A stretch of 63,947 nt of DNA from Hydrolagus affinis (Eukaryota). The stretch lies in assembly GCA_012026655.1 (NCBI GenBank), contig JAAILG010001628.1:1-63947 (forward strand). Direction: 5' to 3'. The notes beneath the pieces were generated by a model, which was not told where the DNA came from, did not search any database, and was given only the letters and a program-made list of their open reading frames with translations. A program made the position numbers and the translations under genes. This document shows positions 1 to 11,256 of this stretch, one piece after another (within the stretch, counting starts at the first letter, position 1; each line of letters begins with the position of its first letter).

Positions 1-230
1 CAGACAGTGAAAGGAAGAAACAGAAACAAAGAGGGGGAGGGGGGGGGAGAGAAGAATAAAGAGGCAGGAGAGAGACAAATTGAGAAGGGGAGACGGGGAC
101 AGGGAGAGACAGAGTTAAGCGAGTGATACGGTGAGAGGGGGAGAGTCACAGTGAGAGTGAGACAGTGGGGGAGAGAGAGAGAGAGATATAGGGGGAGCAG
201 ATAGAGTGAAAGGGGAACAAGGACAGACTC
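1..230. repeat. GA-rich low-complexity tract
   Basis: Purine-rich runs (gagagagaga, ggggga) seen directly. Confidence 0.8.
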
Positions 231-338
231 AATGACAACCTGGTTGTGTGGGTTCAGAACCCACAGCAGTGAGCACTCACTTGCAGCTATTCAGAACTAA
301 AGTAGAATTTCTTTGTGAGTTCCTTTGCTGAGATTGTA

Positions 339-484
339 ATAATAATGATAATAATAATCCTTGCATTTGATATTCACGTCTTCTAGACGTCTCAAAGCGC
401 TTCACCGAACATACTGTAAAGTGAATATATATTTGTGGGTGAAACGCGGCAGCCAATTGTGCACAGCAGTGACCCACAAACAGT
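339..484 (-). mobile_element. 3' part of the tRNA-derived SINE family
   Basis: (AAT)n tail plus ttgcatttgata...aagcgcttcac...cagccaattg...cccacaaacag, repeated many times in this window. Confidence 0.75.
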
Positions 485-977
485 TGTGTATCGAAAAGTT
501 GAACAAACTCCAACTGAGGGAAGGAACTGCACACACTCTGCCTTTACATGTGCTGTCACATTGTCACAATACCAGGGGTGATTGTCTCCTCGGGTTGGGC
601 TTACAAAATATTGTTCAATCCCTGGCTGTTTTGATTCCTGCCCCCTAGCTGTGTGACTGAGGTTAATTGGAAGTACCCTAAGTACCATCTTCTGAGTTCC
701 ACAAACTCAGCACATATTCAATTTGGGGCTTTCCTGCTCTGATTGACTGAATGGCAAACGGCTCAATCTGCGCACAGACTGATTAATAGCAGAATCATAT
801 TAAACAGAGATTCCTGGGAAAATGAAGAGTCGGAATAAACTGTTTAGAGAATACAGGCATCGGATAATTTATATAGACACCTATCACAGAATAACACTTA
901 TAGACTTCAAAATTGCAATTCTGTTGGTTGCCAGTAGCAGTTTGTGTGTCTATATTAGTATTATTAAACCTATCTGT

Positions 978-1713
978 GGAGTCGTGTAGCTCAGTGGTTA
1001 GGGCAACAACAATAACAAAATTACATTTATAGAGCGCCTTTCACGTTAGGAGGACTTCCCAAGGCGCTGAACAGTCAGGTTGGGACCCAAATGGGGAGGG
1101 GGAAGGGTTGGGTTAGGGGCAGGGGGAAGGAGAGTAGGAGAGGGGGAAGAGTTAGGGGAGCAGAAGGCACGGTTGAAGAAGAAGGTCTTAAGACCGGCTT
1201 TGAACGAGGAAAGGGAGGAAGCGAGGCAAAGGGAGTGTGGGATGGGGTTACAGAGTGTGGGGGCAGAGAGGCTGAAAGCCCGGCCACCGATGGTAGGGCG
1301 GTTCAGGCAGGGGATGTGGAGCAGGCCAGTGCCCTCTAAACAGAGGGGATGTGCAGGCTGATAGGGAGACAGTAGGTCAGAGAGATAGGCGGGGGCAAGG
1401 CCGTGAATGGCCTTACAAGCGTGAGCACTCGCCTTACAAACGTGAGGCCTGTGTTTCGAATCCAGGCAACTCAGGGCGAAACCCTGGGCAAGTTTCCTTA
1501 CTCCACACACACGCCTAATAATAATCTGTCCAAAAAAATCTATAATAAATTGGTCATTTAAATCCACGACTGTTTGTGGGACACTGCTGTGCGCAATTGG
1601 CTGCCACATTTTTCCCACAAATATACAGTCAATTCACTTTACAGTATATCCTGTGAAGCAATTTGAGACGTGTAGAAGACGTGAAAAGTGCTATATCTAA
1701 ACACAAGGATTAT
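978..1713 (+). mobile_element. tRNA-headed SINE split by an L2 insertion
   Basis: Head ggagtcgtgtagctcagtggttagggc (A box) at 978-1004. It resumes at ~1423 with gagcactcgcc...gttt-cgaatcc (B-box-like), followed by the family body and tail. Confidence 0.8.
1005..1414 (-). mobile_element. L2-type LINE 3' fragment
   Basis: The minus ORF contains KAIHGLAPAYLSDLL...GGRAFSLSAPTL...SSFKAGLKT, typical of the L2 ORF2 C-terminus, followed by a (GTT)n tail. Confidence 0.8.
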
Positions 1714-1752
1714 ATCTGGTGTGTATATTTATGACAGATTTGACTCACTGAA

Positions 1753-1906
1753 ATGGGTCGCCATTTTGGAAACTTGATTCGGATGCGGCACATCATCACC
1801 TATACTCTCTCGCCTTTTGAACAGAGGGCATTTCCAAACTATTTCATCAAAGGCATCCCCAACGTGTGGAGACGATTCAGAGAGCAAGTGTTTCGGATTG
1901 CTCCTC
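1753..1906 (+). CDS. UQCRQ: Cytochrome b-c1 complex subunit 8 (QCR8), first coding exon
   Basis: [51 protein letters not shown]. Acceptor AG ends at 1737, donor GTAAGT at 1907, phase 1. Confidence 0.97.
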
Positions 1907-2486
1907 GTAAGTACACCAATCTATCAGCGGGATTTTTCTACGCCATTCATCCAACATTTGCCGTGTATTTCGCTTTACCTTATTCCTTATAACGAGTGAA
2001 TGTTTAAAATGCACACCTTTGGAATGCAGGCACCTGGTCACTTGTTTTGTCTCTGCTCAGTTTAATACGATGTTTATTCGTCTGGATTTGACTCCAGGCA
2101 CTGCTTCCTTTGATCTCAGTTAAAGTGTGACTTTGGCATTAACCTAAATTACAACAAGTTACATTTGCTTTGTGCCTTTTACGTAAGGAACAAGTCCCCA
2201 GGCTCCTGTACAGTCCTGTACAGGAGCTGTGGGGACATTCATTTTCTTTTGAATGGGAAATGGTGATTAGAATAATATTATTAATAATAATCTTTGCATT
2301 TGCTACAGTACCTTATCATTACTGTTAGGGACTGAAATCTGGAGAAGATTGCAATGGATTTTCTTTCCAGTTTCTTTGCAGCGATGTTTTCCCTTTGTTC
2401 AACGTAAATTCTTTTGATTATGACAAACGCCTTGTTTCGTGAGGACTAATCGTGTGCTTTTTTAAATTCTCTTTCATTCTTTCCAG

Positions 2487-2581
2487 CATTCGTGCTAGCG
2501 TACTTGACGTACACCTGGGCCAACAAAGAAAATGAACAATTAAAGAGAAAGAAACCTGAAGACTTTGCCAATGATGAGTGA
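2487..2581 (+). CDS. UQCRQ: UQCRQ last coding exon (82 aa total)
   Basis: ttctttccag acceptor, then (P)FVLAYLTYTWANKENEQLKRKKPEDFANDE*. The phase matches the previous exon. Confidence 0.97.
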
Positions 2582-2656
2582 ATTTCACTATGTGGAGGGA
2601 GACATCCTCCTGACTGATTTAACGCAGTGTGTTCTTCTTAATGAAACATTCTGCTG

Positions 2657-2684
2657 AATAAATTCTCTTACTGTGGAAAATAAA
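2657..2684 (+). terminator. UQCRQ: UQCRQ polyadenylation signals
   Basis: AATAAA at 2657 and 2679, 75-100 nt after the stop codon. Confidence 0.65.
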
Positions 2685-3244
2685 TATTTATAACCTATAA
2701 CTTGCCTTCGGCTCCTGTGCAGATTTTACAATCACCCACCCGCCCAAGTTCTTACCTCTTATTTTGCTGGATTGACTGCCCACAAAAATATAGTCAATTC
2801 ACTTTACAGTGCATTCTGTGAAGCGCTTTGAGACGTCTCGAAGACATGATATGAAATGCAAGATTTATTATCACTATCTACCTCTCAGACCAGCCCCTAG
2901 CTTCGCAAAGTGGGTGAAATGGAAAATCACTCAAGATTGCAGGAGGCAATCTTGTACTTGAGAGTTTAAATTTACAGAGCAGAGTGAACTTTACTCTGGC
3001 TCAGATTCATGCTGTTTATCAACCTGTGTCCAAAGCACACAATAACAACAACAAATTACATTTATAGAGCGCCTTTCACGTCGGGAGGACGTCCAATGCC
3101 TCCTATCTCCACGTGTCTGTGCACTGTTGCTGTTTTGTGCACACGTTTATGATCTGGTTGTATTGTTTCATGCTGCCCACCACCCACCCCCGACCACCCC
3201 ACCCCACCCTCCCTCACACACATAGTGTTTGCAGATAATAATGT

Positions 3245-3440
3245 AAAGGTTATAGATGCTCAGTCCCTGAACATATTCCCGACCGAGATTGATGGATTTC
3301 TAAAGGGTAGAGGGAATAAGGGCTATGGAGATAAGGTCGCCTGAGTTAGGTTAAAAGTTCAGCCATGATTTTATTGAACGGCGGGGCAGGTTCGCGGGGC
3401 TGAATGGCCTACTCACGCTCCTAATTCCTATGTTCCTATG
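3245..3440 (+). mobile_element. CR1-type LINE 3' end
   Basis: cagccatgat...attgaacggcggggcaggttcgcggggctgaatggcctactc plus a (cctatgtt)n tail. A near-identical copy lies at 6780-7039. Confidence 0.75.
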
Positions 3441-3886
3441 TAAATCAACGTCACCATTGTGCAGTGAGGTCCAAAACGGCAGCCAAATTAGTTTATCGCC
3501 CTTGAATTAACCTTCAATTATTTTGGGTAGTTCCATCGGGTCTTTGAAGTATTATATCAACTTACTTTGTTTTACATCAATTATGCTTTGTCGGTAAATT
3601 AATATAACTGTAGTAAGGGTTGGGAAAGCAGTTGAAGTTTCCTGATCACAGACTATTTGATGGCTGGAAATCAATCTGATCCACAGTTTACAAGCCTCGT
3701 CAAGTGGCTGTTGTGTGAGATAAGCTGTGGCCCTTGAGTCTGGCTGCAGTGATTGTAAATTACAGACTGGTACGCTTATCATGGGGTTATATCTGCAATT
3801 GCAAACAAGAATATTATACAAAGATAATGCGCTTGTGTTTTTATATGAAATTGGTGGCATCTCAGACCCTTACAAAATTTGACTGT

Positions 3887-4262
3887 GGAGTCCTGTGGGA
3901 GTCTTGTAACATGTTGGTTGGAGCACTTGCCTCACACGCAGGAGGACCCGGGTTCAATTCCCAGTCCGGGCTAAACCTTAGGCACGTTTCCATACTCCAC
4001 ATGTTTCTGTCTACATAGGGGGAAGTGGGAATCCGGTTATTAGTCGATTGGTGGATCATTTCTGGGTTCAATAATCCTTTCCAAAAATAATAATTTGGTC
4101 ACTCAATGCATGACTGTTTGTGGGAGAGTTATGCTCATTGGCTGCTGCATTTCGCCCACAAATTATATACAGTCAATTCACTTTACAGTAAATACTATAA
4201 AATGCTTTGAAATGTCTCAACAATGTGATAAAGTGTTATATCAAATGCAAGGATTATTATAA
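3887..4262 (+). mobile_element. Full-length diverged SINE
   Basis: tRNA-like head (ggttcaattccc B box), family body and ggattattat tail. Confidence 0.75.
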
Positions 4263-5762
4263 TAGTCATAGTGATAGTAAAACTTCAGCTTCCCACATAT
4301 GTGTTAAAAAATGATTCACAATGTAATGTAAAGTATGTAACTTTCAACACAATTTGCTAATGTGCAAATTTATTCCCTTCTCCCGTACAATATTCAAAGC
4401 AGTCTGCTCTCTGCCAGTAGGACCTTCTGCACACAGAACATCAAAGTGGCTGCACTGATGGGGTTCAAAGATAGAAAATATTGTTGGATCTTCCTGCTTT
4501 GCCATGCACGGAAATAAAACGGACATTAAACCTACTGAGAAAACAAGTACAGTACTGTGTTAAGCAAACAAAGGTCTTTCCCGTGGCACCAGAGACCAAG
4601 GTTCACAATAGCTTAAAACATTGATCCAGTTTAAAGGGCTGTATCATGCTAAGATCCTAATGTGATACGATAGAACATGTATTAAAGTCCACCTTTTAAA
4701 ATAGGTGTTGATTACAGTATTTGCTAACTTGGGAATTTGAAATGTGTTAAGTGTCACCACATATTAAAGCTCCCAACAAACCAATGATCCAATAAAGAGA
4801 CTTTAATACTTGGGGAATGGGCTGAGTGGATGCCAGCTAGGTTTTGTGTTGAAATCTGAAACAGAATATTTATTCTCAATCTCAACAAATCTTATTTTGA
4901 GGGAGCGTTCTCCATTGTTTCCTTTGTCGTTAAATAAGAATCTGCTCATAGTTTAAACAATAGTAACTCTGGCTGCACTCAGAACAATCACAACTTGCAA
5001 TGGAGACAAGAAAAATTAGCCAATATTGACCTCACTGCCGGATTCAGGAGAGCGTAAGGGCAGGTTGGCAAGAGCTAAGGCTTGGGACACAATTTTGTGT
5101 TGGAGACATGCTGGAGTCTAACCAGCGTCACTGCATCAGCAAGCTCTGTCACTGCCCCCCCAGTAAATGAACAGTCGGCGATGTTAAGTCCGTGAGATCT
5201 TCAGACTTCTGATCTCATCTAAACAATGTCATAATTTTAGGTCATTTTGTGATTTAATCTTTTTGCTGTTTCGGAAAGTGAGGCTAGTTTTATTGATAAC
5301 GGTGTTCGAGTGGCTGCCAAGAACATGATGGTGTGAGTTATGATGGTTCCTTATTCGAACTTAAAGAACGAAAGACTTTTAAGAAAAGAAAAAAAAACAT
5401 GGGCTAGAAGACCAGGCAGGGAAGAAATATCGGACTTTCCATTTAAAAGTCTACATTTCGTGATAACCTGGATTAGAGTAATAAATCTATTCCTGATATC
5501 ACAGCGCTTTCATATGAAGGTTGCAGCATCAGCTGAAATCCGATTTTAAAAAAAGAAAAGGAAACAGCAACTAAACAGGCACAACCTCCACATCCATCTG
5601 TTTCCTTGAGGTCCAATAAACTGAGTTTCGCCAATAACAGCGTGGATTCAGCGCAATGACGCATTGGAAGGAACAAGCATAAAGTCATGTTCCTTGTTCT
5701 GTCCCTTTATAACCTGAACATAGCGAAGATCCATTGGATTATCTGAAGCTAATACTCTGAGC

Positions 5763-5844
5763 TGACCTTTGGCTTAATTACTGGGATTACTGCTGATACC
5801 TTGCACTGGGTTTCTGGTCGTACAATTCGGGCCATTCTATAAAA
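5763..5844 (+). promoter_or_regulatory. LEAP2: LEAP2 core promoter: TATA box and DR1-like (HNF4/COUP-type) motif
   Basis: TATAAAA at 5838-5844, 60-80 nt upstream of the ATGs. TGACCTTTGGCTT at 5763-5775. Confidence 0.55.
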
Positions 5845-5920
5845 CAAGGTCCAAAGATCTGAGGACACAGCTTGTCTGTTCTACGTCTCTACCTGTCCAA
5901 CAAGCATGCTTGCTTCCAAA

Positions 5921-5986
5921 ATGAACTCCCAGTTTGTGAAACTCGTTGCATTCATTTGCATCGTTTCAACTGTTTTCAGCAGCCAG
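5921..5986 (+). CDS. LEAP2: LEAP2 exon 1 (signal peptide)
   Basis: MNSQFVKLVAFICIVSTVFSSQ with a hydrophobic core. An in-frame upstream ATG at 5906 adds MLASK. Donor GTAAGA at 5987, phase 0. Confidence 0.85.
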
Positions 5987-6779
5987 GTAAGAAGGGAGGA
6001 ATTTAACTTTTTTTTACGTAAGCTAACTTGATCAATATTATTTCCATATTTTAAGTGTAGAAATATAATTTCCATGTTTCATAGCTTGGTTACAAACCTT
6101 TAGTCTGCCCACCCTAGTAGTTCAAGAAAATAATATAGATAATTGTAAAACAGTACTCAGATGTGGACTGTGTAACGCTCACTACTGTACTATTGGGATA
6201 AGCAAGTATCTCCAAAGAGAGAAGACAATTCCTTATCGCTATCTCGCACAACTCGCAGAACTTGATTGAGACCTGTGAAAAGGTTTCCCTCACAGCTGTT
6301 TTGGAGGGAATTTATATTTGGTCAGCTGGGTATCCAATGCAAGGATTATTATTATCTTACATGAGGACCTCATCACTATGCTTGCGAGTGTTCAAACCAG
6401 ACTGAGAGCTCCACATATGTTTGCTACTTACACATGGGAAGTTCCCTGTGTCTTGGGAAACCTAGAGTCTGATTTGGAGTAGAGTGAGTGTTTCACCTGC
6501 TATATAACTATGTAGCTTGCCTTTGAGAGCACTGTCTGCCAAGTTTATCCAATTAGTACCACAGCACCATAGTGGAAGGAATCCCTGTCCCTAGAGTCTC
6601 GAGAGAATGGGTTTGAAGCAGGGAGAAACGCAAACAACAATAACAAAATCACATTTGCATAGCACCTTTCACATCATGGGAATGTCCCAACATGTATGTA
6701 TACCGGATAAGACAATAAAATGAGATCAGAAAAGAAACAGAAACACTTTCCAACGCTCAAAAGCCTTTTCGCACTGAGC

Positions 6780-7039
6780 TGAGGAAAAACTTCTTCACTC
6801 AGAGGGTAGTGAATTTATGGAATTCTCTACCCCCAAAAGGCTGTAGATGCTCAGTCCTTGAACATATTCGAGACTGAAATTGTCAGATTTCTTATGGACA
6901 AACGGATTAAGGGATACGGGGATACATCAGGCAGGTGGAGTTAGATTAGAAGATCAGCCATGATCTTATTGAATGGCGGGGCAGGCTCGAGGGGCTGAAT
7001 GGCCTGCTCCTACTCCTTAGTCTTATGTTCTTATGTTCT
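6780..7039 (+). mobile_element. CR1-type LINE 3' end in LEAP2 intron 1
   Basis: aggaaaaacttcttcactcagagggtagtgaatttatggaat (RKNFFTQRVVNLWN) plus a (tcttatgt)n tail. Confidence 0.8.
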
Positions 7040-7134
7040 CAATGTGTGCATCTCTTAGTTGTGTGGAAGGAGCCAATATTCTGACTGGATTGCCCATCAA
7101 TGGTTGTTAACAGTGATGTCCCGTGGTGTCCTAG

Positions 7135-7274
7135 GTTGAATCTGCTGCTGCAAGTCAGTCTGAGATTTTGCTGGAGCGAGTCCGGAGAATGACACCTCTC
7201 TGGAGATGGATCGCCCAGAGACCCCTTGGAGCGTCCTGCAGAGGAAAAGATGAATGTGGCTCTAAATATTGCTG
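7135..7274 (+). CDS. LEAP2: LEAP2 exon 2 (prodomain, furin site, most of the mature peptide)
   Basis: VESAAASQSEILLERVRR|MTPLWRWIAQRPLGASCRGKDECGSKYC. cctag acceptor, GTGAGC donor at 7275, phase 2. Confidence 0.95.
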
Positions 7275-7376
7275 GTGAGCGACAAAATCAACAAAAAGGA
7301 GACAACAACAGCTAGCATTTACATTGCATCCCCCTCGCTGGGTATTACTCGCGCTGGGTGAATACAACAAAACCCA

Positions 7377-7557
7377 CAATAATAAAATTGGTCATTTCAA
7401 TCCATGACTGTTTGTGGGACACTGCTGTGCGCAATTGGCTGCCGCGTTTCACCCACAAATATACAGTGAATTCACTTTACAGTATATCCTGTGAAGCGCT
7501 TTGGGACATCGATAAGATGTGAAAAGCGCTATATCAAATGCAAGGATTATTATTATT
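7377..7557 (+). mobile_element. SINE 3' half
   Basis: Family body and tail (gactgtttgtgggacactgctgtgcgcaattggctgccgcg...). Confidence 0.75.
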
Positions 7558-8384
7558 GTTGTTGTTGTTGTCCCTGTGCGCTTGACATTGACGGAGTTCA
7601 ACACAGAGCCAGAGGGAGTGGGGAGGTGACAGTAAGCATGGTTGAAGAGGAAGGTCTTCAGGTGGGCCCTGAAGATGGGGAAGGAGGGGCTATATATTTT
7701 GTCGCCAAAACATTCCATGGTTTCGGGCTGAAAGCGCATTCACTGATGGAGACCTAGACTAATATCATTTAGCTGTGTCCAGAACAGCTACAATCTTCTG
7801 CAATGTGATACAAAACAAAAATGACTTCATTACAATGTCATGCCTCTGAGCTTTGATCACAAATGTACGTTCTAACCAGACACTAAAATCTCTGGAATGT
7901 ATACTATGCAGTTTGATCACTATCATTACACTTGTGGTTTAACCAAAAGAATCTTAAAAATATTGTTTGATCCCAAATCAATGCGGAAATCCAATTTTTA
8001 AGGAAATATTTTTTTCCTGTTCTATATGACTACTGTCTCTGGGGGAGGGAGTCATCCCACTCAATTCCTATTAACCCTACAAGCTAAAGCCTATTTTGCG
8101 GGGTGATTTTCGTGGGAGAGGCAGCAGGAAGGCCTGGCGGACAGTGATATCAATGTAGTTTTGGCTGGTGGTCAGACTTCAGCAGTTATCCCAACACCTA
8201 CTGTGGGGTCCCCAAGCTTTGGCTATTGCCAACTTGAGCCTGAAAACGCTGTGGAAAGTTACCCTACGTGAGGGGCGCTGCATAAATGCTGTTTGTTGTA
8301 AAGTAAATACCAACGTTTGTCGTCCTCAGAATCGACGACCAGTGCAATGTGTTGTGAACCCCTGCTCCTCTTGTATCTTTGCAG

Positions 8385-8421
8385 GAAAAATCGCTGCTCC
8401 TTGAAGATTCACAAGAGCTAA
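8385..8421 (+). CDS. LEAP2: LEAP2 exon 3
   Basis: tatctttgcag acceptor, then (W)KNRCSLKIHKS*. This completes a 40-aa mature peptide with Cys at 17/23/28/33. Confidence 0.93.
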
Positions 8422-8551
8422 ATCTCAAGGAGGACATTCCAAAATGAAAGCATTTCTGACCAACGCTCCCACCAAATTTGTGAACAAAGTTGATTTTTTT
8501 TAATAAATGTCCACACGCTATTTATTTTTTGTATATTTGCAAAACTGCAAT

Positions 8552-8557
8552 AATAAA
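8552..8557 (+). terminator. LEAP2: LEAP2 polyadenylation signal
   Basis: AATAAA 130 nt after the stop codon, followed by GT-rich sequence. Confidence 0.55.
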
Positions 8558-8639
8558 AAAAAGTGTGTAAAGATTTGCGGTCAGTTTCTAGGAATATTTT
8601 TTTTGGGGGTTCCTGGTCTCTTCTGGACTCAAAGTCTTT

Positions 8640-8930
8640 AGAACATTGGAACAGGAGGAGGCCATTCAGCCGCTCGAGCCTGTTCCACCATTCTATTAGA
8701 TTGTGCTGTTCAGTACCTCAAATTAAATTGCCTGCCTTTGCCCCACATCCTGATACCCTGACCTAGCAAAAATCTATCCAGCTCAGTCTTAAAAATTGGA
8801 ATGGATCCAGCACCCAATAGCTTTTGGGGGCAGAGGGTTCCAGATTTCCAATACCCTTTGCGTGAAAAAAATATCCTCCCTGGCTTCACTCCAGAACTCT
8901 AAGTTTAAGATTATGCCCCCTTTTCCTGGA
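8640..8930 (-). mobile_element. CR1-type LINE 3' end
   Basis: Reverse complement of the CR1 tail. The ORF track shows FFTQRVLEIWNPLP. Confidence 0.75.
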
Positions 8931-10032
8931 GTCCTACGTCCAGGTTTCTTCCAGAGCCGTAGATAAGGAAAACCCAACATGAACGTTCAGCGAGGTCTCT
9001 GGCTTCTAAACCTTCTAAACGTGGCACAATTGTATCATCAGATGGGATTCGGTGGCAAATTTGAATGTTAGCACTGCAGCCTTAGCAGACTGTCAGTGCT
9101 GCATCCCAGATACACACACGTCTGGGAATTATTTGCGTGGGACTGCGCTTTGCCTTTATATACACAATTTGTTTTTGCCCTTTGCTGCCTTGTGATTCTC
9201 TTGGTTTAGAAAGTATTGCCCCCAATCCAACTTGCACCAAATGTGGATGTCGTATATTGCAGTGGGCCTTGGTGAAACTCTGCAGAGAAATCAAACCCAG
9301 GATCAAATCATTACTGGGACAAATTGTTAGTTAAACCAGACGGAAATAAGAATCAACATGCTTACATCGCAATCACTCCCACCTCTTAACTCCCTTATGA
9401 ATAGATTGTGTTCTGTGTTGTTGAACGACATCTGAAATCAATGTCAAAAGCTAGCTCTGTTTTATGTCATTTTTCCATTGTCTGCATTTTATTGAGGATT
9501 ATATAAAACAATAAAGATGGGTCAGGTCAGTAAGCAGTTGTGCTGTAATTTAATCTCCAGATGATATTACATTAAATACTATCTTTCGCCTCTGTGGCTT
9601 GAGGTCGTCTGATCTCTAATTAATTTAAGCTTTGCTGGCTTCCAAAAATTAATTACGTGTTTGTAGGAAAAGAGCGATATTAACACCAGGGGGCGATCTT
9701 GTACTATTCTTCAAAATCTATTAAATGTGTGAATTGAACTATACAGACATTCTGGCTCAGGCAATGCATTCAGAAGCATAGGGCATGCCTTCAGACTGGA
9801 CATACCGTCCATAGAGACAGCGAGGAGATATAAAGCATATCGCTAACATGAAACCCTTAATTACCAACCAATAATAATCCTCATTTGATATACTGTAGCA
9901 CTTCAACGTGTCTCAAAATACTTCACTGGGTTTTCTAACAAGAGTAGAGACCGTGTATTTTTAGGTGAAAGCAGCAGTCAATTTGAGCACAACAATATCC
10001 CACAAATAGCCGTGAAGTGATTCTATTTGCAC

Positions 10033-10430
10033 TCAAGTGTCAGCTTGACTCCGTTGTCAGCACGCTCTCCTCTGAACAGGAAGATTGTGTGTTCAAGCCT
10101 CCCAGCAGAGTTTTGAACTCATACAGTCTCAGCTGACACTCTCAATGCAGGGCTGGAAAGCGTGCTTCGGTGTTGGAGGTCCCGTCCTTCAGATGAGATG
10201 TTAAATCGAGGTCCTGTCTGCCGGTTCAAGTGGACATTAAAGATCCCATCGCATTACTAAAAAGAGAAGGGAGTGTCCTCTGGTGTTCATGGCTGTTTGT
10301 GAGACATTGTTACGTGCAAATTGTCTTCTTTGACACCCACAAAATAGTCACTACACTTTATAGTACATCCTGTGAAGCACTAAGATAAATCCTTCTGATA
10401 TGAAAGGCAGGATACCAAATGTAAGTAATA
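10033..10430 (+). mobile_element. Deu-domain SINE (AmnSINE/SacSINE-like)
   Basis: gctgacact...gcag...gttggaggtcccgtccttcagatgagatgttaaatcgaggtcctgtctgc...gtggacattaaagatccca matches the recalled Deu core. Confidence 0.7.
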
Positions 10431-10436
10431 TTGATA

Positions 10437-11256
10437 AAGGTAAACCTCGATTTAGGACAGGGTTGCGTTCCTGAAAAAAGGTACTCAGATCGAAACATCA
10501 TAAATCGAAACGCGGTTTCCCATGCTGTCTCATTATATAACCCGAGATGCATTCTTTTCACAAAATTTTCGGATCTTGAACCCACTAAATAACACACAAC
10601 ACACATAGGGAAGAAGGGTTACTTGGGTTAACTGTACAGTATTATAATCTGCTTGCACCTGAAGCTGTAACACACCTTGAACTTGCCAATACGTTGCCTT
10701 TATTCTGTTTTATAATAGTCACCGTCGATCTAGCCCTAAAGCCCTCCCGACGTCCGTACCTTTATCTCCTCCAATTTAGTATTTAAAGTGATGACTTTGT
10801 GGGTCTCCTGCCGCTAGCGGTATTACCGCTGCTCATATCACTTACTGCTCTTTCCCGACAATGGTAGAAACGCAGCAGAGGCTGTAAATCGCTCTAAGTT
10901 GCTCGGGAATGTTTGGGAATTACTGTAATACTGACGTGGCGTGGTGTCGCTTCACAACCAGCTGCTTTTAAACAATGACTTAGCGACATGCTATTGGCCA
11001 GTTCAAACGCTTGGATACACTATATCAGGTGCGAGCGTGATTTACACGTGATTACACTATGTACTGTGCTTATGGACTAGAAAGACGAGCCAAATCCGAC
11101 TGCGATATACAATATGTACTGCGCATGCGCTAAAAAGATAATTTTGTTGGTTAAAACGAAACCAAGTGTCCGATATCGATAAAAAGATGTTAAGAAAATT
11201 ATGTTTGTTCAATCGAAAGAATGTAAATAGAAGCATTCTAAATCGGGGCTTACCTG
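10437..11256 (-). mobile_element. Non-autonomous pogo/Tigger-type DNA transposon with a transposase N-terminal remnant
   Basis: TIRs aaggtaaacctcgatttagga / rc caggtaagccccgatttagaa, with TA on the left. Frameshifted minus-strand KVITLNTKLE / DVGRALGL / STVTIIKQNK resembles a CENP-B-type HTH. Confidence 0.75.

Noticed and set aside
1046-1618. 190-aa minus-strand ORF
   Set aside because: A chimera of antisense SINE sequence and an L2 ORF2 C-terminal remnant.
4344-4526. 60-aa minus-strand ORF between UQCRQ and LEAP2
   Set aside because: No recognisable homology or supporting exon structure.
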